The position numbers and the translations under genes were made by a program. Positions 10,287 to 24,100 of a stretch of DNA of 64,000 bases are shown piece after piece; the first letter of the stretch is position 1, and each line of letters begins with the position of its first letter. Location: positions 85,128,001-85,192,000 of the forward strand of contig OZ076409.1 of assembly GCA_964187785.1 (NCBI GenBank). Reading direction: 5' to 3'. Under the pieces are notes generated by a model. It did not search any database. It saw nothing but the letters and a program-made list of their open reading frames with translations, and had not been told where the DNA came from. Source of the DNA: Amphiscolops sp. MND2022. Its lineage: Eukaryota.

Positions 10287-13200
10287 CCAGTAAAAATTTT
10301 AGACATTGTTGAAGAGAGTTTTTTAAAGGTAATTCTCAGGGCACCAAAGTTTTATAGTGCCGAATGTTTTCCTAGTTTCATAGTGCTTTTCCTCCCAAAG
10401 TTTCATAGTGCCGAAACTTATTCAGATCCTGAATATCATTTTTCCTTGGGTTAACTCGCAATTGAGTCTGTGAAAATTGAACAAATAATGGAATCGCTGT
10501 AACCTGACAAAAACAGTTTGCCACTGTAAGTGTCAGTTTGTTCATTGAGAGCACCACTGAAATTGCTAAAACAAAAACTACAGAAATGATCGGAATGGAT
10601 TTTTTGACCTTTTGGGATTTTTGTGCCAAAGTTGTTTTCTCCCATAATTTTTTCCCAAAGATTGTTCTTCCCATTTTCTGGGGAAAATTGAGGATGGATA
10701 AAAACCAAGGTGTTTTCCGACATTCTCTAACACCAATGTTCTCTGATCAGTCTTTGGTTTTTGTTCAAGTTGAGTTTTTTCGCAGCTCTTCTAGAAACAA
10801 GTCTATACATTTTTTTTTCAGAATTCTGCCAATAGGATTTTTTCTAGAATACATCTTTGACGTTGAAAAAGTTTCGCAATGCTCACATTTGTTCTAATGT
10901 TGTTTTTGGGTCCTTTTCTACTCTTCGACAATTAGTCTTGGCTTTTTTTCGCTGAGCTTTTCTGGCTGGTCATGAGATTTATTCGCTGCATAAGAATTTG
11001 TTCTCAAAAAACTGATAAGCTGCTTGAGCTGTGTATTGAGATGTAAGGCCCATCTTTACTTCCAGTTGTTCATTTGATAAAATTAATTCGCGAAAAGTAA
11101 CAATTTTGCAAACAACGTATGAAATCAATGGTTCGACCATTTTCAACAGGCGTTTATTTCAACATTTTCGACCATCAACGATGTTTAATTCAAGAGTGAT
11201 TGATTTAACTTCTGGTTAAGAATGAAAATGAAAAGTTCTTTACAAACTGAAGAAGAATAAATTTTCAGCTGTACGTCGCTTTTTGCTACCATAATGTATT
11301 TATTTTTTCAAATTTTGTCTCTCAATTATAATGTTAATAATAACAGCATTTAATATGTATTTGTGCTTACAAACTCAAGTTACCCATTTTTTGAATCGAT
11401 CAATCGTCTCTTATTTACCACTTATTCATTTTTCTAAGATCTCTCGTTGAAATCATTAAGGACCGTATGGTAAAATCTTACTCTAAAATAGAATTGAAAT
11501 CTATATAAATTCCGAAATATTAGAATATTAGAATAATTAAAACAAACCAAGCTAAACAGTGGATTAGTTGAACGGACTAGTATCACGGCCTGTACAATCA
11601 TCGCTTTTATGCGTTGGATTGACCTGTTTTGCATTAGAGTGATTTTTCGGCTCTTTGGGGGTGCAAATATTTTCGGGTTCATAGAGAGGTCAATATGACC
11701 TCAGTCAGTCGCCATCACTCCGAATATACTCTATCTCATGCGGCACTTACTGCCACTTGTAATTGGGGAATTATCCTCACCTCTATGACTCTTTTCAAGG
11801 CACTCTAGATTTGCGTTCACTTTAACCCTGATTTTCACTAATTCCTGTGCCATTCTGTCATTCACTTCCCCAGTTAAAACTCCATTTTTTCTAACATTCT
11901 GTCTGTCCCTAAGGATTTTGTCTCCACTCTGTTTCTACTTCTCTCTTCCATTAATCCATTATCCACTGAGCAACTACCTCCATTAACTAGGGTTTCCTCT
12001 GTGTTTTGGTCAGGTTCGATTGGACTACTGTCTCACTCTCAATTTCCTTCTCAATTTGGTTCATATTACTATTTCCTATCATCACATCCATGACTTCTAC
12101 ATCTGATTTTATATCATGTCCAAACGAACTTCTTGGAACCTCATTCAAATATTTTAAATTAGGTTAAAATTGCCCGATGTTCCAAATAAGCAAGAGATGA
12201 TTAAAGATTTTGGAATTTATGTTGAATTAAGGTGTGCATTTAAGGTAAGAATAAAACCGTCACTCCATCCAAAAACATGAAGATCATAAAAAGTCATAGA
12301 AAAGATGTATTGTAATATATGAAATCAGTTACCACATACACCGACGCAAATAGTGCAAATCAGTCATTAGCGAATACGTTCTTGAATTCATCTGAGGCAG
12401 CATTCAATTGTATAGCAGGTGCAGATTGGTTAAAAAATAATCTATTCTTTCTCAAAGTCAAGCTTCATTGAGTCAAATTCAGGGAACTTCAGCGAGATCT
12501 CATGCCTCTTTCAGCTAATAAGTAATCCCTCAGGTGGAACGGCCCAAGTAGGCGCCCAGCTAAAAATTCAAACAGGGTAAAGTGTGATAAATATGCTTCA
12601 ACATAAGGTTCGACTTTGTGAAAATTTTAATCAAATTCACAGTGCCAAAAAATACCCGTAGAGCTCAACAACCGCTTTTTTCCTCAACCGAAGAAACGTT
12701 TTGCTTTCGAAAAAGTCTCATAGTGCCAAAACACCCAAAATGAGATCGCAAGTTCGCAAAACGCGTATTTCAAACCAAAGAATTTTCAAGAAATGGAGGC
12801 GGGTATCCTTCGACCAAATATAATAACAATAATAATAATAAAAACAATTTAATTCATCTGCTGTCTACTAAAAAAACTGCAGGGCTTCCATGATAGTCAC
12901 TTTCTTGTCTGCCTCTAAAATCTCTCGTTGGGCTACTCAAAACCGAATCTGTGATAGCAGACACAAGCACCAAAACAACCTGAAATTGACCAATTAAGCA
13001 GCGTATGCTCACACCGTAACAGCTATTTAATAAGGTCATCACTAGAATTGGGCCAAACGAAAACCTTTCCGAAAAAAGGTCGCATAATGTGGGTCTTTTC
13101 AACAAGCATTGAGAAACCAATCATCTCCCACAAGACCAAAAAAATCAAAGAGGTCACGCTTTTGACTCGGAAAACGGTTCATCAACAGAAAACCTCAAAA

Positions 13201-13509
13201 GACCAAAATCGTGCCGAAAAAAATCTTCGATAAGTCACATAATGCCGGAAAACCTTGAGGGGCGCTTCCTGATCATAAAATATTTTATGTATGCAGAAGG
13301 GATTCGGAAAAAAATCAGATAAATTTTCGCATAGTGCCAAAAAACATCAAAGGGTCTTTCCTCAACCATTGCAAGCACAAAAACGTAGTTTAGTGCTGGA
13401 CGCGAACTTGAGCTGTCACCGGGAAAAAAATTTGCGTCAATCGTGAGGCCAAAATGGGTTAAAAGTCCTAAAATTCCGCCCATGATTCATGTCGAGGATG
13501 ATTCTATGA

Positions 13510-13937
13510 TGTTACTGACCTCGCATAATGGGTGAATTCGTTATAGCAGTCGTGGGGACAGTGGCCATAAAATGAATCGTCAGGAAATGCCCGGAAACAC
13601 TGACTAAGATTAGTAAAAGGTTGAGACCAGTAAAATAACTGATATTATATAAAGTATATTCATTATATAAGAATAATCAGAAAAGAGGAGGGGTAACAAA
13701 GAGGGGACAGTTTCAGAATTTATTTAACTGAGGAATTGGTTTCCTCTTTCTTTTTTCTTTTCTTGAGTTTCGTTTCTATATCTTGCAAAAACGCAAAGAT
13801 TAATTTTTGAATAATTCCATTCAGGAGAACTTGCTATAAGCAATACGAATTAAACAACAACTTGAAAACTACTCAAAAGATTTCACGTATGAATCACAAT
13901 CAATGAAATTCATCGATCAAAATCTTGAGTCACAACA
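13510..13937 (-). repeat. 3' LTR of BEL element 1 (428 bp)
   Basis: Direct repeat of 17957-18368 with roughly a dozen substitutions and small indels; preceded on the minus strand by CGGGGTCGGAATA (PPT-like). Confidence 0.95.
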
Positions 13938-14005
13938 TATTCCGACCCCGAAAAGGGTTTGGATGAAAGTTGGTATCACTATTCAGGTAAATTTAAGGCG
14001 AAGTT

Positions 14006-16955
14006 TCAAGTTTTGTTTACGATGTCGACAGGGATTTTTGACAACTTCACGACTGGTCTGTGAATGTAGCCATAGGTCGTTTTGAGTCTGCAAGATCGCA
14101 CGACTCCATCCGCACCCGGAAACACTTTGGTGACCTCGGCGCATTGTCGAACAGCGTAGCAAGCAGCACAGGGTGAATCTGTGGCACCAAAAATATGGCG
14201 ATTGTACTCATGAACTTCGTTACGCCATAAATATCGTAAGAAGCGTCTATCTGAAGGGGGTACCGAAACTTGCATGAACATTGCTTCAATGTCAGCGGAA
14301 AAAGCAACACATTTTTCGCGAAAGCGCATAATCAAACCAGTAAGGTTACACAACAAATCAGGTCCTTTCAGAAGACTAGAATTCAACGAAGTACCTTGAT
14401 AAACTGATGATGCATTGGTTACTCTTCCAATTTTACCAGGTTTATTTACATTGGTTACAGGGTGATGTGGAAGATACCAAGCGTCTTCTCGATTCGCTTC
14501 GGAGTCAGGTACAACAGACACGTATCCCTTCTCGATGTCGGTTGCAATGGACGCTTCGTAAAGAGAACCTAGTTGAGGTTTTCGTGCCAACTTGATTTCA
14601 AGTGACGATAGCTGTTTTTGAGCTACCGATTTGTTGTTAGGCAGAGAGACATGGTTCTTCCAAAGGAGGCCTATTTCATAGTGTCCATCAACAAGTTTGG
14701 TAGTTTTCTTCAAGATGGAGAGAGCTTGCTGATCTTCAGCAGACAGACTTTTTTTGCTACTCGTGATGCCAGAGCAATCAATGTGCATCCACTCTTGAAC
14801 TTGCTGGAAGAGAGCTTCATGTCGAGATCGAAGATTTGTAACGTTTGTGGCAGCTGTTGTCGGAAGTATCGAACGACCGGCAACTGTCCAACCAAGTTTT
14901 GTCGACATAGCACAAGGTGTGTCGGGCGGCCCTCGAATCACAGTACGACTATGAATGAGGTCGAATTGATCCGAACCGATGAGAACATCGACAGTCGATT
15001 GTTTTAGGTAAGGAAATGAGACGTGTTGCAGGTGAGGGTACTAATGGCACAATGAATTGATGGGCGCTGAATCAAATGTTTGGAGGTTCAGGGAAGGCAC
15101 CGCCAAAACATTGTGCAATGGCATTGCCGCTGCGGCATTGTAAGGAGCAATTGTCAAGTCGAGTGATATAGCAGCAACTGTTGATGAAGTGTTGACGCCT
15201 TCAAGAAGAATAGGGGAAGACTCTGGTAAATGACCGACTAAATGTTCACCAATTTTCTTGGTGATCAAAGACACTGAGCTGCCTGTGTCTAGAAGGGCGA
15301 ACACGTCTGCAGTTTTACCACCCGATGAAACAGTCACAGGCACAATTGGACGGAGACCGGGGTTTGGCAGCCGCGAAGTGGACAATGTGGAAGATTGTAT
15401 TTGATTTTGACCTTGTCTGTCAATATGGAGCAAGGTGTGGTGTTTTTTCATACATCCAGGTTGCTGACAAACTTTTGTTGACTTGCAATCATTGAAGTTA
15501 TGACCCTTCAGACAGTTGAAGCACAAGTGGTTCTTCTTAGCGTAATTTTTGCGGTCTTTTGGAGAAAATGCTTTGAAATGCTCGCAGCTCCCCAAGTAGA
15601 CACAACCTTTCTTCTCCGGACATAAACTAAATTGAGAAGACGGTTTGACGAACGGCGTTTTGGAATTGTGGCCTTGAGCTCGCGCATTTGTTGATGAGGA
15701 GGAACGTCCGTTGTGATTAGTGTCAGAGAAAGGAATAAAGCTGTCACGACAAGCTGTAGCAAAGTTTTGAAGCCAGAGAGCAAAATTTCTGAGCGACGGG
15801 TCTTTGATGTTTTGCAAAAGCACGTGGCGATTCCAATTTAGCCTAACATCGGCCGGCAGTTTCGAAAGTGCACTGGTAAGGTTGACGGTGGAGTGAATGT
15901 CATGGAGAAAATTTAATTGTGTGAAGGTATCGACAAGAGAAGAGATGAAATTTGCATAGTTCGTGATGGAATTCGGATCATCAGTTGATGGTTGCTTGAA
16001 TGTTTGGAGACTTGAAGAAATGACAGGTTTGCCGTATGTTGACTTCAATCTAGATAGTGCATACTGGTACATCGCGGGATTACAACCATAACCGGCAATT
16101 AATGCTTTTGGTTCTCCAGAGACAAGAGTTTGTAAGTGGATGATCTTTTCCGCTTGCGAAATTGCAGCGCTGTCGGTGGTAGCGGAAAAAAGACCAAACC
16201 AATCTAACCAAGCCAAAGGATTGCCCTGGAAAACAGATGGTTGAATTTTTGGCAAGGTCAGTCGACGTTGCGGTGGCACAGTGTCTGTATTGTCATGAAG
16301 GGCGTTGGTCGTGCTGATGGACGCTGGATCAATAGCATTTTCATGCGTAGATGTGTCGACCGATTGCGTAATACCGAAAGGATTAGTTTGGAGATTGTTT
16401 GACAATGGCATATTGGGCTCAAAAGTGGTTGATGAAAATGAAACGGCATTGGTTGATGGAGGTACAGCAGTAGAGTCGTCTCCGTGGGGATGATGCGAAG
16501 ACGATGAAGAAGGAAGGTCAGAAGTTGCAGCGGCCGGCGCCGGAGAATCGTTAGAGTTACTACCACTACAAGAGGACCTTTTGCTTCTAGCCACAGATAC
16601 CTTGAAGCGACGAATGTCGAGTTTGATAGTTGTCAATTTGTTGGCATGAGGTGCGAAGTCTGTGGTTGAGATATGAAGGGCTAAAGATTTCGTCATTTGA
16701 ACAAGCTCAGCTTCAGCAACTGTTAATTCCGACGTAACGGAACTAAAATCATCAAAATCTGTGTAGTTAGTCAGCAAATCATCATCAAGATAACAAACTT
16801 GCAACTTTTTCCTGCTGTAACAAAATGAGGCTGTGGATAGTGTTGATTTCAGAAGGCTCAGAGTCGACAGTTTGAGTGTCGGCCGAGACGTCAACATGGG
16901 CATCGTCACCGTTAGACGGCTCACGATTGCGTAAATTATAAGTTTTGAGAGGCAT
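14006..16955 (-). pseudogene. BEL/Pao gag-pol: gag, Cys-His zinc knuckles, aspartic protease, N-half of RT, fused to the integrase C-terminal tail
   Basis: FQGNPLAWLDWFGLF (BEL gag); CFNCLKGHNFNDC and CQQPGCMKKHHTLLH; ALLDTGSSVSLI (protease); YLPHHPV, KGPDLL, ADIEAMFMQV, FGATDSP (RT); FPGADGVVR...RPVVKL (C-terminal tail). Frameshift near 16790 and one in-frame TAG at 15041-15043. YVDD, RNase H and integrase core are missing. Confidence 0.9.
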
Positions 16956-17102
16956 TGCGAAGCAGCTGAAAAATTTCGATGGAAACGAAAGATGTTCCTT
17001 TTTCGGAAAGATGTTACGAACGACTAATCTCACCCTGATCGACCCGTACGAGTTAACGCACTTTGAGTGTCACAAGGATCAAAAAATCGTTAGCAACAGA
17101 TG

Positions 17103-17686
17103 TTATTGATGAGCCTGGGAGGACAGCCTGTCTCGCTTGTTTTTGCGCTGTTTCTTCAGGAGTGAAACAAGGTTTTGTTGATGCTTGACTACAATGCGAA
17201 GTAAATGGGAATCCAAGGCAAGCGAAGGGTGAACACTACTCAACGCACGGATGACAGAAGGAGTCCTTCGTTTTCGTTGAGACAACAATTTATTTTGAGC
17301 GTCTAAAATGAGGATTCCAGATGAAAAAAGTCTTTCAGGATGTTTGGACTTCCACTCTGTTGAACGTAAACAATGGCGCGGATGCGATTTCGGAATTCAA
17401 AGAGCAGTTGAATCAACTCTTCAGGTGACAGAGATGTGTAATGGTTGCTCTGATGCTTCGAGAGACTGTTACTAATGACGTCGTGCCAAATGACTATGTT
17501 TTGTTTGCGTGCGAGTGGGCCACGACGAAGAAGATTTTGCAAAACTTTGAAACGATAATTCGAAGACGTGTTGAAACTGAGTCCTCGTATTGCAAAGGAT
17601 CGTTTGGAGAGTGAATAACGAAAAGAATGAGGGATGGACGTTGACTTTAGGATATTATCGAGACAGCTGGCTCCGATGATAAACAT
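17103..17686 (-). pseudogene. Extra ORF (~195 aa, one frameshift near 17325) between PBS and gag; SGNH/GDSL-hydrolase-like pattern
   Basis: MFIIGASCL...AIRGLSF...IVIWHDVISNSL...AIVYVQ; restoring one base gives ...DLFSSGILILDAQNKLLSQRKRR...SVHPSLAL... to the stop at 17103. The motif order resembles SGNH blocks I, II, III and V. Confidence 0.5.
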
Positions 17687-17936
17687 AATGAAAGACTTAA
17701 AAGATGATAATAACGCAACAAATGCGAAACATAACGAAACGAATGAAAATGTAGGTAAAACTCTCCTCACAGGTAGGTTTATACTCCTCACAGTTGTTCG
17801 AATATATCAAATACAACAAAAGCGACGGATGGACAGGAGACGTAACGAAGATTGGAACAACTTGAAAGAAGAATCCCAGAGACGAAACGAATTGCAACCA
17901 ACGTGGTAACAGACACGAAGAATGGGATCGACTTTA

Positions 17937-17950
17937 CACGTTGGGCGCCA
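17937..17950 (-). other. Primer-binding site of BEL element 1 (tRNA-Lys type)
   Basis: Minus strand TGGCGCCCAACGTG, 6 nt inside the 5' LTR boundary; matches the classical tRNA-Lys(CUU) PBS. Confidence 0.85.
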
Positions 17951-17956
17951 AAATTA

Positions 17957-18368
17957 TGTTACTGACCTCGCATAATGGGTGAATTCGTTATAGCAGTCGT
18001 GGGGACAGTGGCCATAAAATGAATCGTCAGGAAATGCCCGGAAACACTGACTAAGATTAGTAAAAGGTTGAGACCAGTAAAATAACTGATATTATATAAA
18101 ATATATTTATTATATAAGAACAATCAGAAAAGAGGAGGGGTAACAAAGAGGGGACAGTTTCAAAATATATTTACCTGAGGTATTGGTTTCCTCTTTCTCT
18201 TTTCTTTTCTTGAGTTTCGTTTCTATATCTTGCAAAAACGCAAAGATTAATTTTTGAATAATTCCATTCAGGAGAACTTGCTATAAGCAATACGAATTAA
18301 ACAACAATCAAAAACTATTCAAAAGATTTCACGTCGAAATTCATCGATCAAAATGTTGAGTCACAACA
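17957..18368 (-). repeat. 5' LTR of BEL element 1 (412 bp)
   Basis: Direct repeat of 13510-13937; adjacent to the PBS and the TSD. Confidence 0.95.
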
Positions 18369-18971
18369 TATGACTATGAAAAGATATATAAAATTCTTGG
18401 ATGGAAAACCATGATGTAATGGATGATCATGGATGATAAATTATGAATTTGATCTATCATATTCAACTTTTGGAAGTGACCTGGGTGTTTGAATAGGCCC
18501 AATCATTAGTTTAATTCGGTTATAGTGAAATCTGGCGGTTTCTTCTGCACCAAAGATGAAGAAGAACACGAAAAACCGAAGAATGATTGGAAAAATTATC
18601 TATCTAGAAAGAAATAATAGAAAAACAATAAAATTTCTGTAGAAATAAATTCTCTAGAAAAAGTTTAAAAACAGTTTTAAAAATGAGGCTTCAATCATTA
18701 CAAACATTACCGAAAAAGAACCGAGAAAAACTCTTCCAGGGGAAAATGTCATGCAACTACAAAATCTTGAAAATATTATCAATCACTGGTATGTCCGGAC
18801 TCGCAAAAACTAGGGAACGGAGAATACAGAGCCAGCAAGCAAAAATCAAAAATCCACAAAAAATCATATACACATATTATCCAGCGACGGAATCACAACT
18901 AACACAAAGAGAACCATGGCCATCAGCAAGCTAAATCAATAAAAGTACAAATTAAAACGAAACTTAGCGGG

Positions 18972-19341
18972 AACAAGCTGGGAACGGCCCAAGTCGGCGC
19001 CAAATCTAAGGCTCAAAAAGACTCGAAAACCACTTTTTCTACAACTGGAGACAACAAAAGCTCTCAAAAAACTAAAAATTGAGAAAAAAAATTCCGAATT
19101 TTTTTTGAATTTTTTTTCGAAGTTTCCGGTAAGTCGCATAGTGCCGAAAATGTAAAAGGGGGGACGCTTTTTCTCATGTTAGACGCTTTGGATGCGTTGA
19201 AAATGAAGTATTAAGTACATATGGTAAAGTTGGTAAATGTGCATTATAATGCACAAAAAGTGGACGTTACGCGTTGAACTGACGAAAAAAAAACTAGCCA
19301 CTGTAAGAGTCGGGATTTTTTTCGAAAACGCCGACTAAAAA
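18972..19341 (-). mobile_element. Non-autonomous Helentron (HINE-like) copy
   Basis: ACAAGCTGGGAACGGCCCAAGTCGGCGCC ... AGTCGGGATTTTTTCGAAAACGCCGACTAAAAA; subterminal inverted repeat AGTCGGCG/CGCCGACT. Confidence 0.7.
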
Positions 19342-19699
19342 CATCAAGAAGAGAAGAAGTGATCGTCATTACCAACACGAGCAAAAACGGTCATTAGCAG
19401 TCACAAAGCAATGGAGAGCTAAAACCAATAGCTTCCGCAGGCAAATAAACAAGCTAAGCAGAGGGAAAAAGTCAACCGTGATTACGAAACTCCAATGAGC
19501 CTTCCTATAATTACTAAGCTTCAAACCCATTACTAAAGAAACACAAATCCTATAAACAAACCACAGAACTGGCCTCAGAAGATGGCTTAATAGACTCATT
19601 CACTTTGATAGTGTATTAAAATAGTCCGACGGAATGGAGATGAAATTCGCGATTATAACCAGCAGAAAAAAAACTCGTAGCATCGGAGGAAACGTACGA

Positions 19700-20180
19700 T
19701 TTTTTAGTCGGCGCTTCTCTAGAGAAAAGAGTCGACTATAGTCATGGCTTTTCGTCAGTGTTTTTTTCGATACAATGAAGTGACCAAAATAGCTCTACCG
19801 CAAAAGATCTACAAAATTTTAAGAAGACGCCAAATTGTACCCGTTGGCCCAAGGAACTGAACCAAGACGTTTTACCGCGTAACATACAATACCGCACGAA
19901 ACCAAAGGGTCCCCGTTTCAGCTTTTTCGGCATTGTGAGACTTTTTTCGTGAAATTTTTTTGCCCCAAACGGTCCCCCCTTCATTTTTTTCGGAGTTTTG
20001 CAAGAGAATGGATGTTTGAAAAATCCAAAAGGGTCCTCTTTCAGTTTTTTCGGCATTGTGAGACTTTTTTTCAAATTTTTCTCGCATAAAAGGGTCCCCA
20101 ATTCACCAATACTCTGACATTTTGAAGTCCTTTTGCTATTTTTGAGCCTTAGATATGCCGTCGACTTGGGCCGGTCCAAG
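19700..20180 (+). mobile_element. Non-autonomous Helentron (HINE-like) copy, opposite orientation
   Basis: Starts TTTTTAGTCGGCGC...GTCGACTA; ends GAGCCTTAGATATGCCGTCGACTTGGGCCGGTCC. Confidence 0.7.
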
Positions 20181-21120
20181 TTAAATAATGACATCGCTCA
20201 AAAGTGGCCCAAAACAATGAAGTACGCATTTCAAAGTCAACAAAAACATGCTTGATACGCACTCACGACGAAAACTAAACCACGTCCACGGCTTCTTTGA
20301 CGGTTCAATTACAGTTACAAAATCACAATTAATTTTACACCGCATTCTAAACTGAACTCCAACAACGGACAAAGTAGTTCATGTTTCTCAGCGACTAAGG
20401 GAAAATCTGAAAACGCCGGGAGTAAAGTTGCTATAAATGAAAATTTACAAGCCTGATGCCAGTATGGAAAAACTAGAATAACGCTGAATAGAGCCCACTA
20501 AACCGGGATATATACAGTAACAGTGCAACAACAGGCTCTTCAGCGAAAGCGTACAGAATGGAAACGAAGCGTGTCGACATAATTGATAGACTGAAAGACA
20601 TCTGAAAAAGCATATGTGAGGCGGTTATTGCATACCTTTTAACGAACAGATTCCCGAAAGAGTCGGCAGAAAACACCAAAAACAATAATCGGGCGAACCG
20701 AAGAAGTCGTTATAAAAAAACTTTTGGGCACATTACACTTCCTTCGAATGAATAAAATCGCGGAAAACATAGACTAAAAGAACGAAACAGAAAAATTCAT
20801 TGTACGGTCCGTTGATCTAAACTTTCTTCTAGACCTCAAAACAATCAATGTAATCGCCGCCAACCCAAATTTTGTTGGAGTGAAACTTTGTCTCGAAGAC
20901 AAAAAGCTCGGCCAACTACCCGAACATTAAATAACCCTAATTGTAATTTAAAACCCTGAGAAAACTCTTAGCGTGGAAGATTAAATAACGTCATAAATAA
21001 ACAACCTGCCAAATTGATCTGAACTGGCAAAACATAAGAAACTGTCATAAAATAGAAATCGTACAATTCAATCATTTGCTAGCTCGGCTTTTTTTGAGCA
21101 AAATTTACTAGTCGTCGACA

Positions 21121-24100
21121 TGGCGCTGCGAAGGAATGACAATGATGATAACTCTAGCCCTCGTGTCCTGGGTTATATTACTTCTGACAGGAAGCAGGAA
21201 AGACTCCATCTTACGAATAAGGGCAAGGGATACAGATATACGAAGTCGCCATTCTAGCTCGACATTCCATTTCTATCTCTGAACTAACTCCTGAAAAAGA
21301 TCCAAATAACCCCCAGAATACCGCATTGATGGGCAATTTACAATTAGAGCCTGCAAAAAAGGCAACGAGCCCCCTTTAGGTTTCCATTGGTAAAACGTGC
21401 TGACAAAGGCTAATGGGTAAGTTCCGCCAGCTCCATATCCTCCTGACTCAAATGAATCAAATCCTGCAACAATTTAATTAATGCTTCTATTTGCGAAGAA
21501 ATAGAACCCTGCATCGCCGTCGGAGACACTGCAGCAACTTTGGAATGTGCTGAATAGTTTAGCAGCAAAGTGTGATTTCGAGAACCAAACTGAAGGCATA
21601 GTTTACGACATATTCGTTTCACACATGTCAAATAAGCAGCATGTCGGTTCAGGAGAAACATTGCAAGGAACCAAAAGACAATCCACTTGATGCACTACAG
21701 TTCGAAATTGATTTCGAGGATGGCTTCAAACGTCCGAAAACGTATGGAAACATCAGTCAAGAAACACGGGTAAAGGAAGACGCAGTGTGTGCAGTGAGCG
21801 GCAGTCCGTCGAGTATAAGGCATTGCTGGAGATGGCCGGAGGCAATTTCACGCTGGATCGCCTCACATTATGCAAAGGACCAGAGGCATTGTGTAGTTAT
21901 TGCGAGAAAACGCCACCTTGAAAGAGCGTGTGATCAGAAGAGAAAACATTACAGTGCATAGGCCAGCTATTTTGCTGCTTGTCGTGGAATCCCGGACACG
22001 AAAATTCCGCTGCTTGTACGTTGAATGCTTGTCCGTGGAATCCGGGACTTATGACGTAATTTGCCATATTTGCACGGTTAAAGGTATGGTCGTGGAATCC
22101 GAGGTATTGAAAGCACAAAATTGTGCTTTGAGCAAATTTAGCTTGCCTATGCACTCTAATGAAGAGAACGCCGCGCAGCAATGTGGCCTCTTCAGAGACA
22201 ATGACAATCGAGATCAATTTATCAAAAGAGTGGAACTGGTAGATCAAGAGGAATACGACAAAAACGAAAGAACACCATCCTGGGCTGAACGTAGAAGGCA
22301 ATGAAGAAACTACTAAGCTGTTTTTCATGGAAGGTTTCATCAACGGAAATAAATTTAGGCAATGATCGATATTGGTTCTCCAGTAACGATTTTTGCACTG
22401 GACGAACTAGAGTCATTCATGAGGCGTGGGAAATATCAAAAAAGGAGAAAATAAAGGGGGAAAGTAGGTGGACTTCACCGGGAAACCGCTAAGTTTTCTG
22501 GGATATGTATACTGCGAGCTACAAGTGGGAGAACAATATTCCAAAAACGCAAGGGTTCTAGTAAGAAGAAAAGGAACAAGGTCGATGATAGGCAGCAAAT
22601 TGCTATCCACGCTGCGATACAATTTTGAATCAGTAATTGAAGATGAGTTGGATGCTAATTCCATAGAAAAAAACAACGAACTTTGCGTAGAAACCTAGAA
22701 ATTTGAGAACGAATTCCAAAAACGGTTGAAAGAAATGGAGAAGTAAATAACCATTGGGTGAAAATAAACTTCGAGAGACGCAAACGTAATTCAAGAAAAC
22801 GATGAATTTCAATCAAAGTGCAAAGCACCGTAGATTCTGAAAGAAAATAAAACGATTGGCTAAAGACAGTCATATTGAAAGAGTAATTAACATGATAGCT
22901 GACGTTCTCAATCAGCCGACGGTAAGTACTGTAAAGAAGGATTGTTCGGGAAATATCGCGCTAGATGCAAGAGCAGTGAACGGAGCAATAGACAAAAAAA
23001 TACCAAATGCCAAGTCTGGAAAGTCTATCAGATATGGTAGTGGAAAAGTTGAACAGTGAATAAAGAGAGGTGTGGTGTTCATCGTTTGACATGACATATG
23101 CTTATGGCCAAGTTTCCTTGCATCTATTGACCGCGAAACATTGTAACTTTCGAATTATTGGAAGGGAATCTACGAATACGTACAGTTTTGTCACTGGATT
23201 TTATAATCTGACGGTTATGCCGACAGAATTTTCAAAAAGTAATGAAAATTTAGGTAGCTAGAAGTGTTTGTTTGCATTGATAATACTTCAATTGTAACAA
23301 AAGAACCAAGCAAAAACCATCAAAGTCCTGGAAGTTTTAAAAGTAATCGATGCCGCCGAATTACATATAAAGGCGGGTAAATGTAAGTTCGCGAAGCACG
23401 GAATCGAATGGATAGGTTTCAAATAGACAGGTTCATTAATTTCGCCAGTTTAAAAAACTCAGATTAACGGATAAAACGAAATTAAGATCGTTTCTCGGCG
23501 CAGCACATCACTTCAACAAACTTATTCTAGATTTAGCAAACTTGTGTTAGGGTTGGTAACTCAACAAGGTGAAGAAAATGGTTGGAAACCGATTTGGTAT
23601 TCGTCTAGATTAACAACAGAATTGGAAGAAAACACTCTATAATTGATCTCGCACTACTAGCTGTAGCCTGGTCTGTTCAACATTTGAATAATTAAGTGTT
23701 CGGAGAAAATTTTTGGGGTAGTATATGATCACTCTAGCAAAATAACCAAATGGATTGACAGAATACTACCATTTGATTTTACTGATGTACATACGCCCTG
23801 TCCAATATTAGGTATGGTGGTTTATTTATCACGTCCTTTTCCTCCGTGTGAAGAAAACATTGCAAAATATTAGGAATCGTTCAACAATTGGTTTGCGATA
23901 AACGTGGTACAAGAAATTGTACCTACGACTCATGAGGCCAATGCAGCCAATCGGGCTAAATCGATCAAATGGCAGAACAATAGTAAAAAAAAGAACGAGA
24001 ACCAAGTAAGAACGTAGTGACCGTTCACATGCCTGTTCGCAAAATTAGTCAATGCAAACATTTCGGTAATTACATTGAAGGCGAAGAAACGGCATCTGAG

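Larger units (their letters stand above)
13510..18368 (-). mobile_element. BEL/Pao LTR retrotransposon 1, internally deleted
   Basis: Paired LTRs 13510-13937 and 17957-18368 (TGT...ACA); 5-bp TSD TATGA at 13505-13509 and 18369-18373; PBS and PPT present; BEL-type gag, protease, RT and C-terminal motifs. Confidence 0.95.

Noticed and set aside
11700..12130. LINE reverse-transcriptase remnant on the minus strand
   Set aside because: Strand-skewed composition is suggestive, but no RT motif can be read with confidence.
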